Source: Halogeometricum borinquense DSM 11551
Lineage (GTDB): Archaea > Halobacteriota > Halobacteria > Halobacteriales > Haloferacaceae
Direction: 5' to 3'
DNA: 32,000 bases
Assembly: GCF_000172995.2 (NCBI RefSeq)
Contig: NC_014729.1
Location: forward strand, 870,001 to 902,000
The notes under the pieces: model-generated
Database searches by the model: none
Seen by the model: only the letters and a program-made list of their open reading frames with translations
What the model was told of the DNA's origin: nothing
Shown here: positions 8,924 through 16,835 of the stretch, one piece after another
How positions within the stretch are numbered: position 1 is the stretch's first letter
Layout of the letters: the number at the start of each line of letters is the position of its first letter
Position numbers and translations under genes: made by a program

Positions 8924-9973
8924 ATGACTACCGCACGGACCGACGGAGGCCCCGAACGGGTGGTCGTTCTGGCACACGAGAAGTTCCCCGACCGAGCGAA
9001 GACGGCGACGGGAGTTCTGAAGTACGCCGATTATGATATCGTCGCCGTACTTGACCGGGACAACCCCGGAACCTCGGCCGCGGACCACCGCGACGATCTG
9101 CCAGACGTACCCATCGTCGCCTCCATGGACGACGCCCCCGAAGCGGACGCACTCCTCATCGGTATCGCCCCTATCGGCGGCGGGTTCGATGAGACGTGGC
9201 GCGACGACGTTCGAACCGCTATCGAACGAGAATGTGACGTTATCTCGGGTCTCCATTACTTCCTGAACGACGACGAGGAGTTCGCCGCACTCGCTTCCGA
9301 ACAGGGTGTCGAACTGAACGATGTGCGAAAACCGCACGAGGACCTCTCGGTTGCGCAGGGGAAAGCGGCGGAGGTGGACGCCGATATCGTCCTCACTGTC
9401 GGGACCGACTGTTCGGTCGGAAAGATGACTGTCTCCTTGGAACTGGTGGAGGCGGCCCGTGAACGCGGTATCGACGCCGGATTCATCCCGACGGGGCAGA
9501 CCGGGATCATGATCTCCGGGTGGGGCAACCCCATCGACCGCGTTATCTCGGATTTCACCGCCGGGGCCGTCGAGGAGATGATTCTGGAGGTCGGCGACGA
9601 CTACGATGTGTTGTTCGTGGAGGGGCAAGGGAGCATCACGCATCCCGCCTACTCGGCTGTCACCTGCGGCATCCTTCACGGCGCGATGCCCGATGCACTG
9701 GTCCTGTGTCACGTCGCCGGGCGCGAACACATTCACGGCTACGACTCATTCGACATCTCGCCCATCTCGAAATACGTTGATCTCTACGAATCACTTTCCG
9801 AACCCGTCCACGAGTCCTCGGTGGTTGCCGGTGCGCTGAACACATCCCACATCGACGACGACTCGGAGGCTCGCGCGGCCGTCGAGTCGTACGCCGATGA
9901 ACTTGGTGCGCCTGCCACGGACATCGTTCGCTTCGACGCCGACGAGATTCTCGACGCGGTGGTGGAGGACTGA
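8924..9973 (+). CDS. DUF1611-family protein (DgcN-like; P-loop-like GTDCSVGKMT)
   Basis: The layout is a Rossmann-like N-domain plus ...LTVGTDCSVGKMTVSLEL...FVEGQGSITHPAYS..., characteristic of DUF1611. The ATG at 8924 is preferred over the GTG at 8903. The stop lies 2 nt before the next gene. Confidence 0.85.
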   Translation: MTTARTDGGPERVVVLAHEKFPDRAKTATGVLKYADYDIVAVLDRDNPGTSAADHRDDLPDVPIVASMDDAPEADALLIGIAPIGGGFDETWRDDVRTAIERECDVISGLHYFLNDDEEFAALASEQGVELNDVRKPHEDLSVAQGKAAEVDADIVLTVGTDCSVGKMTVSLELVEAARERGIDAGFIPTGQTGIMISGWGNPIDRVISDFTAGAVEEMILEVGDDYDVLFVEGQGSITHPAYSAVTCGILHGAMPDALVLCHVAGREHIHGYDSFDISPISKYVDLYESLSEPVHESSVVAGALNTSHIDDDSEARAAVESYADELGAPATDIVRFDADEILDAVVED

Positions 9974-9975
9974 CG

Positions 9976-11019
9976 GTGCTTCTGACAACGGAGTTCGAGC
10001 GGGTATCGTATCCGCTGGCGGACGCCTTCACAATCTCTCGGGGAACACAGACGGCGGCCGAGAACGTAATCGTCCGCGTCACCGACGACGGGGGCATGAC
10101 CGGTGTCGGCGCTGCGGCCCCCTCCGCACACTACGGCGAGACGGCGGATACCGTCGAAGCCGTCCTCCCCGAGTTGTTGACTGTGGTCGAATCTGTGGGT
10201 GACCCGCACGCTCTCACCGAAATCGAGCGGAAAATGCGCGAACGCGTCGGCCGCAACCCGGCCGCCCGAACCGCGGTCAGCATCGCTCTCCACGACCTCG
10301 CCTCGAAACGACTCGGTCTGCCGCTCTACCGACAGTGGGGACTCGACGCCGACGAGACGCCGCCGACCTCCTTTACCATCGGTCTCGACGAGACCGAGAC
10401 GATGCGCGAAAAGACCGAGGACGCCGTGGAGGCGGGCTATCCCGTGCTGAAGATCAAACTCGGAACCGACCGCGACGAGGAGATCGTCGAGACAGTGCGC
10501 GACGCCGCACCCGACGCGACGATTCGCGTGGACGCCAACGAGGCGTGGACGCCGCGCGAGGCCGTCCGAAAATCCGAGATGCTCGCTGACTACGGTGTAG
10601 AGTTCATCGAGCAACCGGTCCCGGCATCCGACCCAGAGGGGGTACAGTTCGTCTACGAGCGCTCTGCACTCCCCGTCGCCGCCGACGAGTCCTGTGTCAC
10701 CCTTGCGGACGTGCCCCGCGTTGCCGACCGGACCGACATCGTGAATCTGAAACTGATGAAGTGCGGCGGCCTCACGGAGGCAAAACGGATGATCCACACC
10801 GCTCGGGCGCACGGATTGGAGGTTATGCTCGGCTGTATGATCGAATCGAACGCCGCTATCGCGGCCGCGTGCCACCTCGCGCCCCTGTTGGACTACGCCG
10901 ACTTGGACGGCGCATTGCTCCTCGGCGAAGACGACTACGACGGCGTTCCGATCAAAGAAGGCGAGATTCGCCTTCACGACCTGAACCGGAGTGGGACAGG
11001 CGCACGGCGGACCGAGTGA
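9976..11019 (+). CDS. Enolase-superfamily dipeptide epimerase / N-acyl amino acid racemase (MR/MLE subgroup)
   Basis: KxK motif (VLKIKLG) and metal ligands in VDANEAW, IEQP and ADES. The second catalytic Lys lies in NLKLMKCGG. The GTG start is 2 nt after the DUF1611 stop. Confidence 0.85.
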   Translation: MLLTTEFERVSYPLADAFTISRGTQTAAENVIVRVTDDGGMTGVGAAAPSAHYGETADTVEAVLPELLTVVESVGDPHALTEIERKMRERVGRNPAARTAVSIALHDLASKRLGLPLYRQWGLDADETPPTSFTIGLDETETMREKTEDAVEAGYPVLKIKLGTDRDEEIVETVRDAAPDATIRVDANEAWTPREAVRKSEMLADYGVEFIEQPVPASDPEGVQFVYERSALPVAADESCVTLADVPRVADRTDIVNLKLMKCGGLTEAKRMIHTARAHGLEVMLGCMIESNAAIAAACHLAPLLDYADLDGALLLGEDDYDGVPIKEGEIRLHDLNRSGTGARRTE

Positions 11020-11064
11020 GACGGGCAGGCGTACAGCGAGCCGGGTGCTACGAATCTCGGCGGC

Positions 11065-12207
11065 TTACTCCCACTCTATCTCTCTGGATCGGTTTGCAGA
11101 CCGCAGGATGAACGGGCCGATAGAGAGCGTCCGTTTGGCGACGGTGGCGATGCGGAGCATGAACGACAGCAGGATGGCAAACGGCAGGAGCGACACCGCC
11201 GAAGCGGCGGCGACGACCAAAACGAGGTTGTGAACGCCCGCCGTTGTTCCTGTGACGCTCCCGAGGTTGTCGAGATAGAGGATCGCTGACGACGAGATGA
11301 TGAGCGTCGGTATCGCCGCGTACAGCATTGCACGCGAGAGATTGATGAGTTCCCACTGAAAGTAGAGCGTCTTGAAGTGTTCTCTTGCGGGACCGTAGTA
11401 GGTCAGCGTATTTATCACGCTGTCGAGCGCATCCTGTGCCTCCTCGGAAAGGTCATCGTGGAACTCGTTGCGGAGCCGTCGCGCCTCGTAAATCTTCCAC
11501 GAGTAGTTGAAATCGAGTGCGGCGAACAACACGTTGAACGTCCCGAACTGCTCGCCTTCGAGTCTGTCGGACACTTCGTCGGCGTGGGAAGTGAGACTCT
11601 CGACGTACGCTGAGATACGGTCTGCAGCCGCCAGTTCCCTTCCGGCAGCCGCTTGGAGATCGTTCGCACGGCTCTGAACAGCGTCAATGAGTGCACGCAA
11701 GAACGCCGACGGTTCCGGTGGTGCCGCAGGCACGCCCAGGTCGTCTTCCACGTCAGCGCGAAACGACATCGCACCCTCCATACGTTCACGTTGATCACCG
11801 AGCGAACCGAGTTCCTGCGAGAGGACGAGCGAGTTTATCGAGACGACCAGCGTGACGCTCGTGATTGTGGCGGTCACGAACGCCTGAAACAGTGTCTCGA
11901 TGGGGTCGCCGGACGCCACAGCAGCAACCAAGGATTCGGGATCAAGGTGACCAAACAGCACGATACCGACGAACACGAAAACTAACGGGACGGTTGCGAT
12001 AACCCACCGATTCGCGTCGAGAAGCAACCACAGTTTCACGCGACTCTCCCCGGCGCGTTCCCGCATCGTGTCGCTCGGTTCGTCGTTGGAGCCACCGGAG
12101 CCGTTCGGACGGTTTCTATCGGTATCGGAGTCGCTAGAATCGTTCGGTTGGGTCCGCTTGCTGTCGGGTCCGTCAGCTTCGGAGTTCGTCTCGTCGTCGG
12201 GCGCCAT
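11065..12207 (-). CDS. Membrane protein (2 TM + ~190-aa helical soluble domain + 2 TM) with a disordered acidic N-terminus, function unknown
   Basis: TM candidates are WVIATVPLVFVFVGIVLFGHL, FVTATITSVTLVVSINSLVL, AMLYAAIPTLIISSSAILYL and LVLVVAAASAVSLLPFAILLSFML. The ATG at 12207 is preferred because the track's GTG at 12261 directly abuts a TATA-like ATTTTACA. It lies downstream of pspA on the same strand. Confidence 0.6.
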   Translation of the reverse strand: MAPDDETNSEADGPDSKRTQPNDSSDSDTDRNRPNGSGGSNDEPSDTMRERAGESRVKLWLLLDANRWVIATVPLVFVFVGIVLFGHLDPESLVAAVASGDPIETLFQAFVTATITSVTLVVSINSLVLSQELGSLGDQRERMEGAMSFRADVEDDLGVPAAPPEPSAFLRALIDAVQSRANDLQAAAGRELAAADRISAYVESLTSHADEVSDRLEGEQFGTFNVLFAALDFNYSWKIYEARRLRNEFHDDLSEEAQDALDSVINTLTYYGPAREHFKTLYFQWELINLSRAMLYAAIPTLIISSSAILYLDNLGSVTGTTAGVHNLVLVVAAASAVSLLPFAILLSFMLRIATVAKRTLSIGPFILRSANRSREIEWE

Positions 12208-12306
12208 CGGTCGTCTTCTCCTTTCGAGGGGCAACGGATAGGTATCGTGGCTACTCGCCACGTGTAAAATTGAACCAGAACGGACGAAAAGACGCCTTGG
12301 CTGTCG

Positions 12307-13152
12307 TTAGGAGTCGTCTTCGTTTTTCAGTTCTTCGAGTTCGGCTTCGACATCTTCTTCGGCAACGTCCACCTCGTCCAGTTCCTCGTCCAAGTCAGCA
12401 CTGGCCGTCTCGCTGCCGTTCTCGGATTCGGCTTCGGATTCGGCTTCGGCCGTGGACTTGCCCATCTCGGTTTTGAGTGTCTCCAGTTCGGTATCGACTT
12501 CGGAGTTCGCCCGGCCGGTCTCCAGTTCGCGGTCGATGGCGTCCTTGTCGGACATCATCTCGTCGAACGCACCGGTATCGACGAGTTCGTCCATTGCGGC
12601 CGAACGGGCTTCCATCTCGTCGGTCTGGTCTTCGGCGCGTTCGAGGGCGCGGGAAACGTCGCCCATCTCGTCGCCCACACCGGACACCGCTTCGGAGACA
12701 CGCGAGGAGGCTTCGGCGGCCTCGTAACGGGCCTTCATCGTCTCCTTTTTGGTGCGGAACTCCTCGATGCGGTTCTGGAGTTCGTTTTTCTTATCGACGA
12801 GGTTGTCCTGCGTTTCCTGCAGGTTCGCAATCTGCGACTCTAAGTCCTCGATCTGATTCATCTTGGCCTGCTTTTTCTCCAAGGCGCGCTTGGCCAAGTC
12901 GTCCCGATCCTGTCTGACAGCCTGACGGGCTTGCTCGTTGTGCTTTTCGACGTTCTCTTCGAGGCGACGCTTCTGAATCTCCAGACGCTTTTTCTGCGTC
13001 GTCAGGTCGGCAATACCCTGCTTGACCTGCTGGAGTTCGTCACGCATCTTCTCGTAGGAGTAATCGAGCGTCTCCGTCGGGTCCTCCGCGCGATTGAGGA
13101 GGGAGTTGATTTTCGAACGGACGACGTAAGACGCGCGTGAGAGGATTCCCAT
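12307..13152 (-). CDS. pspA: PspA/IM30 (Vipp1, ESCRT-III superfamily) protein with an acidic C-terminal tail
   Basis: The N-terminus MGILSRASYVVRSKINSLLNRAEDPTETLDYSYEKMRDELQQVKQGIADL... is the canonical PspA/IM30 start. Long coiled coils follow, then an Asp/Glu-rich tail. Confidence 0.88.
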   Translation of the reverse strand: MGILSRASYVVRSKINSLLNRAEDPTETLDYSYEKMRDELQQVKQGIADLTTQKKRLEIQKRRLEENVEKHNEQARQAVRQDRDDLAKRALEKKQAKMNQIEDLESQIANLQETQDNLVDKKNELQNRIEEFRTKKETMKARYEAAEASSRVSEAVSGVGDEMGDVSRALERAEDQTDEMEARSAAMDELVDTGAFDEMMSDKDAIDRELETGRANSEVDTELETLKTEMGKSTAEAESEAESENGSETASADLDEELDEVDVAEEDVEAELEELKNEDDS

Positions 13153-13176
13153 AGCCCTATCTTGTTCACGCTGGCC

Positions 13177-13182
13177 TTAAAA
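13177..13182 (-). promoter_or_regulatory. TATA box (TTTTAA on the minus strand) at -30..-25 relative to the pspA ATG
   Basis: The plus strand reads ttaaaa at 13177-13182 and the pspA ATG starts at 13152. This spacing is typical for leaderless haloarchaeal transcripts. Confidence 0.5.
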
Positions 13183-13204
13183 CCTCACGCGGTCAAGATG
13201 TCCC

Positions 13205-13834
13205 GTGACCGAGACGGTACTCATTCCGGGAGGACGTGACGTCCGCGGGACGCTCGACGCCGCTGACGACGGAATCAACGATTGCAGTGAGGGCGATAAA
13301 ACGAGTACAGATACCGTGGTAATCGCTTGCCCGCCGCATCCACAACACCGCGGTCATCGCGGCGACGACCGACTCGTTGCGGTCAGCGAGGAACTCAACC
13401 GACGCGGGATCGACTGCCTGCGGTTCGACTACGGCGCGTGGGACGAGGGCTACGGTGAACGCGCCGACACGCTCCGGGCCGTCGAGTGGGCGAGCGAACA
13501 GTACGACCGCGTGGCTCTGTTCGGATTCAGTTTCGGTGGCGCGATGGCGCTTCTCGCCGCCGTTGAAGGTGCGGACGCGGCCGCTGTCTCAGCACTCGCG
13601 CCAGCGCACAAACTCGCGGATGATCTGGACGTGGTCGCCGCGTTTCCGGAGATACCTGTTCCGGTTCAAGTTGTATACGGGACGCGAGATGATGTGGCCG
13701 ATGCCGAGCGCGTCGCAGCGCGCGCCCGCGAGTTCGAACAGTCGGTCGTCGCGCTCGAAGCGGACCACTTCTTCGTCGGACAGCACGGCAAAGTAGCGGA
13801 GACGGTGTCGGACTTTCTAACGTCGTGGCTTTAG
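13205..13834 (+). CDS. Alpha/beta-fold hydrolase (dienelactone-hydrolase/BAAT-like, small)
   Basis: Nucleophile elbow GFSFGG, a later ...YGTRDD... and ...ADHFF (candidate His). GTG start at 13205. The stop overlaps the stop of the convergent gene by 4 nt (13831-13834). Confidence 0.7.
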   Translation: MTETVLIPGGRDVRGTLDAADDGINDCSEGDKTSTDTVVIACPPHPQHRGHRGDDRLVAVSEELNRRGIDCLRFDYGAWDEGYGERADTLRAVEWASEQYDRVALFGFSFGGAMALLAAVEGADAAAVSALAPAHKLADDLDVVAAFPEIPVPVQVVYGTRDDVADAERVAARAREFEQSVVALEADHFFVGQHGKVAETVSDFLTSWL

Positions 13835-14235
13835 GCCGCGCCCTCGCGGTATCCGTCGGCGAATCGGATGCCGAGTGCGAGGAGGACCATCATGATTGTG
13901 AACGCCCAGAACGCTGTCCACACCGCCGCGTCGAGAGTTGCGTTATAGGCGTACGTTACCGCACCGGCAGCGATCGCGACGACAAACGGAGCGAGGAATC
14001 GGCGGTCGGTCACACTCCCGCCCGTATTACGGTATTCGACGGCGTATCCCCAGACGTTGCCGACGGTGAACTGAAAGAGGATGGCACCGAGTACGCCGCT
14101 TGCGATGGATTTGAGGACGGGAAGCAGTTCGAGCGGTCGTCCGTGGAGCGAGATCGCCGTTCCGGCGAGGAAGACGGCGAAGACGACGGTGTTCCACGAG
14201 TGGAGACCGTTTCGTAGGCGGTTGTGGAGGGACAT
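13831..14235 (-). CDS. 4-TM small membrane protein, paralog 2 of a tandem pair
   Basis: 134 aa. It shares the block FQFTVGN[IV]WGYAVEY.N.GGS.TD..FL.PFV.AIA.GAVTY with the neighbouring ORF 14354..14761. By-eye identity is around 50%. Confidence 0.65.
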   Translation of the reverse strand: MSLHNRLRNGLHSWNTVVFAVFLAGTAISLHGRPLELLPVLKSIASGVLGAILFQFTVGNVWGYAVEYRNTGGSVTDRRFLAPFVVAIAAGAVTYAYNATLDAAVWTAFWAFTIMMVLLALGIRFADGYREGAA

Positions 14236-14353
14236 ATGGAAGTGTCCCTATTCAATTGACATGAACCTTCTGGAATTGTTGGCTTGTGAGTCGCCCACTG
14301 CCGAAGGCCAATCTAACGTATTCGAAGAACCCCCTTAGTAGGGATCACCACTT

Positions 14354-14761
14354 TCAGGCGGTAGACTCCCGGTATCCGGCGGAGAACTGGGTGACGACTG
14401 CGACGATGCCCGCCACGACGATGAACGTCCAGAACGCCGCCCACGCGGCGGCTCCGAGTACCGGATCAATGCGGAAGTACGTCACCGCACCGACGGCGAT
14501 GGCGGCGACGAAGGGCGTGAGGAACGGTAGGTCGGTCCAACTGCCGCCCGCGTTGTAGTATTCGACGGCGTACCCCCAGATATTGCCGACGGTGAACTGG
14601 AAAGCGACAACGGCTGCCAGCCCGCTTATCACGGCGACAAAGGCAGAGTCCCTTCCGAGCGGGGTGTCCTGAAGGGACAACGCGAACCCGGCGAGGAACA
14701 CAGCGAGCATCAGGGCGTGCCACGGGCGGAGACGGTCTCGCAATCGATTTTGGAGGGCCAT
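14354..14761 (-). CDS. 4-TM small membrane protein, paralog 1 of a tandem pair
   Basis: 135 aa with the same architecture and conserved central block as 13831..14235. The N-terminus is MALQNRLRDRLRPWH versus MSLHNRLRNGLHSWN. Confidence 0.65.
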   Translation of the reverse strand: MALQNRLRDRLRPWHALMLAVFLAGFALSLQDTPLGRDSAFVAVISGLAAVVAFQFTVGNIWGYAVEYYNAGGSWTDLPFLTPFVAAIAVGAVTYFRIDPVLGAAAWAAFWTFIVVAGIVAVVTQFSAGYRESTA

Positions 14762-14930
14762 ATGAGATTATTTATTACTGGATGACATGAGTGTTGCGAC
14801 GCGTCGAGACGGGGAAAACCACTAAGATAGCGTTTCAGAGTCGCTTTCGGTCTGTTCTCTGTGATAGAACAACAGGTTCAGCGATCTTCCGGAGCTACGA
14901 ATCGGAGACTCGCGACAGCGAGTGACGCAA

Positions 14931-15254
14931 TCAGTTGTATCCGCGCCACCGACGCCCACAGTTTTTGCACTTGAAGAATCGCGTCGGCGGTTCGTCGGCC
15001 GAGCCGGTCTGTTTGATGGTGTACCACGCCTCGCCGTGGCCGCAGTCTTCACAGGTCACGTCCGTCGCGGTGGGTTTGCCCTCGAAGTTTGCGCCTTCCT
15101 CGGTTTCGATCACGTCGGAGTCGTCCTGTGCCTCAGTGGAGACGAACTCCGACGCGAGGTCCGAGTCCTGCTCTTGTGTGGCACCGCAACTCGAACAGAC
15201 CATCTGGCCGTCCTGATTGTGCATCATCGAACCGCACTCGTCGCAGAACTGCAT
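14931..15254 (-). CDS. tfs: Transcription factor S (TFIIS-like cleavage factor / RpoM family)
   Basis: The N-terminal zinc ribbon is MQFCDECGSMM...VCSSCG. The C-terminal TFIIS-type ribbon is CEDCGHGEAWYTIKQTGSADEPPTRFFKCKNCGRRWR, which includes the acidic hairpin (SADEP). Confidence 0.9.
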   Translation of the reverse strand: MQFCDECGSMMHNQDGQMVCSSCGATQEQDSDLASEFVSTEAQDDSDVIETEEGANFEGKPTATDVTCEDCGHGEAWYTIKQTGSADEPPTRFFKCKNCGRRWRGYN

Positions 15255-15302
15255 ACCGGAACTACGGGTTCGAGCACTAATGTGTTACACGCCTCGCGCG
15301 GG

Positions 15303-15929
15303 TCAGTCGTCGTCTTCGACCATCGGACAGTCCCGAACGCGGAACCGGTCCATCTCGACGACTTCGACAATCTCCGTCCCGTCGTGGGTGCAGGCGAGTT
15401 CGGGCGGGTCGGCGAAGTACGGGCAGTGGTGACAGAACTCCGATTTCGGGACGATATAGTCCTCGTAGCCCGGCAACTCGTCGTCTATAGACTCGGCCGC
15501 CCCACGCGCGCCAACGCTGATGGTCGCGCTCTCGTCTTCGACCAACCCAGCCCACAGTGTGTCGGAGTCGATCTCTTCGACGTCCATCGACTCGAACAAC
15601 GACTTCGTATCGTCGCTGTCGGCGCGGTCGCTATCGTCGGCGTCCTTCCGTCGGCGTGCAACCCGCCGTGCGAGGTCCGAAAGCGGCACGTCGTCGTCGG
15701 TGGGTGCAGGAGAGTCGGGAACCGCGTTCGTCTCCTCCGAGCGATGTACTGCGTTTGTTGCATCCGACCGGTCCGCCGCGGTGGTGCGGTCGTCACTTTC
15801 TCTATCACTGTCGGCTCCGGACATCTCGTCGGTCTCGGCGTCGTGATTCGTTGTTTCGGCAGAATCGTCATCGGTGACGCGCCGAGCGATGTCCGACAGC
15901 GGTTCGTCGTCGCCGTCGTCCGTGGTCAC
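15303..15929 (-). CDS. Highly acidic protein with two PLSD[IL]ARRV motifs and a C-terminal 4-Cys domain, function unknown
   Basis: The GTG start overlaps the upstream stop (GTGA, 15926-15929). Roughly the first 140 aa are low-complexity D/E/T/S-rich. The C-terminus is YIVPKSEFCHHCPYFADPPELACTHDGTEIVEVVEMDRFRVRDCPMV. Confidence 0.55.
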   Translation of the reverse strand: MTTDDGDDEPLSDIARRVTDDDSAETTNHDAETDEMSGADSDRESDDRTTAADRSDATNAVHRSEETNAVPDSPAPTDDDVPLSDLARRVARRRKDADDSDRADSDDTKSLFESMDVEEIDSDTLWAGLVEDESATISVGARGAAESIDDELPGYEDYIVPKSEFCHHCPYFADPPELACTHDGTEIVEVVEMDRFRVRDCPMVEDDD

Positions 15930-16774
15930 TCCTCAGTCACCTCTTCGCTGTCGGTTCCCTCGCGTTCGCGGTTGTCTCGCTCGGATTCGGTGTCTCCGTC
16001 ATCGAACACCGGTTCCGGCGCAGCGTCCGTCTCGTCCGGCGGTTCGAGCGCCGGTCGGCGGCCGGTCGTGAGCGATGCCGACCCGAAGAACCCCTGTTTC
16101 TCTCGGACGCCGTCGAACGTCTCCCGACAGTGCGGACAGTACGGAACGTCCAAAAGAGAGATATCGACCGTGTGTTCGCACGACTGGCAGTTCGCCGTCG
16201 AGATTCCCTTGCGGTTCGCTTCGCGCTTGAGTTCGGTCGCCGCCACCCGTTTTGCGGCGGTGCGTTCGGCCTCAGCCGTCCGTTTTCGGAGGTCTACGAT
16301 GGCGTTCGCTACGGTGTCGAGTTTTGCTTCCGTCTCGTCGGCCGTGTCAGTAAGATACTCCAGTACGTCTTCGTAGTTCTCGAACCCGGCGTCCATCCGA
16401 CGTTCGAGCTCCGAAACCGTCTCCCGAACGTCGGCGACTGCGTTGAGTGCGCTCTCGGTGTCGGCCGCCAGCTCGGGATGACCGTGGTCTTCCGGCGCTT
16501 TCCGGTCCGATTCGCGCTTTACCTGAATGACCCGTTCTCGAAGGTCTGTTACCTTCTCGTCGAGGTCGGCTTCGAGGTCGATGACGCGTTCCTCAAGGTC
16601 GTCTGCACGACCTCCCAACTCTCCATCCGCAGACAGATCGCCCTCGTCAACGAGTCGGTACGCCGTAAGCGCTCGCTTGACCAGTTCAGACCGGTCTATA
16701 CCCGACTCAGCCGACTTCTTTTCGACCCATCGCTCTAGTTCGTCCGACAACGTCTCCACCCGGTCCCCTCCCAT
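15926..16774 (-). CDS. Ribbon-helix-helix (CopG-like) protein with a long coiled coil, a CxxC...CxxC zinc ribbon and an acidic tail
   Basis: The N-terminus RVETLSDELERWVEKKSAESGIDRSELVKRALTAYRLV fits the RHH pattern. The coiled-coil repeats read DLEERVIDLEADLDEKVTDLRERV. The zinc ribbon is CQSCEHTVDISLLDVPYCPHC. Confidence 0.65.
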   Translation of the reverse strand: MGGDRVETLSDELERWVEKKSAESGIDRSELVKRALTAYRLVDEGDLSADGELGGRADDLEERVIDLEADLDEKVTDLRERVIQVKRESDRKAPEDHGHPELAADTESALNAVADVRETVSELERRMDAGFENYEDVLEYLTDTADETEAKLDTVANAIVDLRKRTAEAERTAAKRVAATELKREANRKGISTANCQSCEHTVDISLLDVPYCPHCRETFDGVREKQGFFGSASLTTGRRPALEPPDETDAAPEPVFDDGDTESERDNREREGTDSEEVTEE

Positions 16775-16835
16775 TCGTCAGAATCTTGCGTTATCCTGAC
16801 TTAAAGATTGTCTGCTCGCAGGACAACTCGTCAGC

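Noticed and set aside
14922-16376. A 484-aa plus-strand ORF, together with similar long ORFs: 21445..22566 +, 22585..24324 +, 9784..10977 -, 8139..8885 -, 3151..4113 +, 17025..17690 +.
   Set aside because: They lie antisense to or out of frame with genes that have clear family signatures. Their translations are Arg/Val/Gly/Ser-rich and basic, the opposite of the acidic proteome seen here. These are the typical shadow ORFs of GC-rich DNA.
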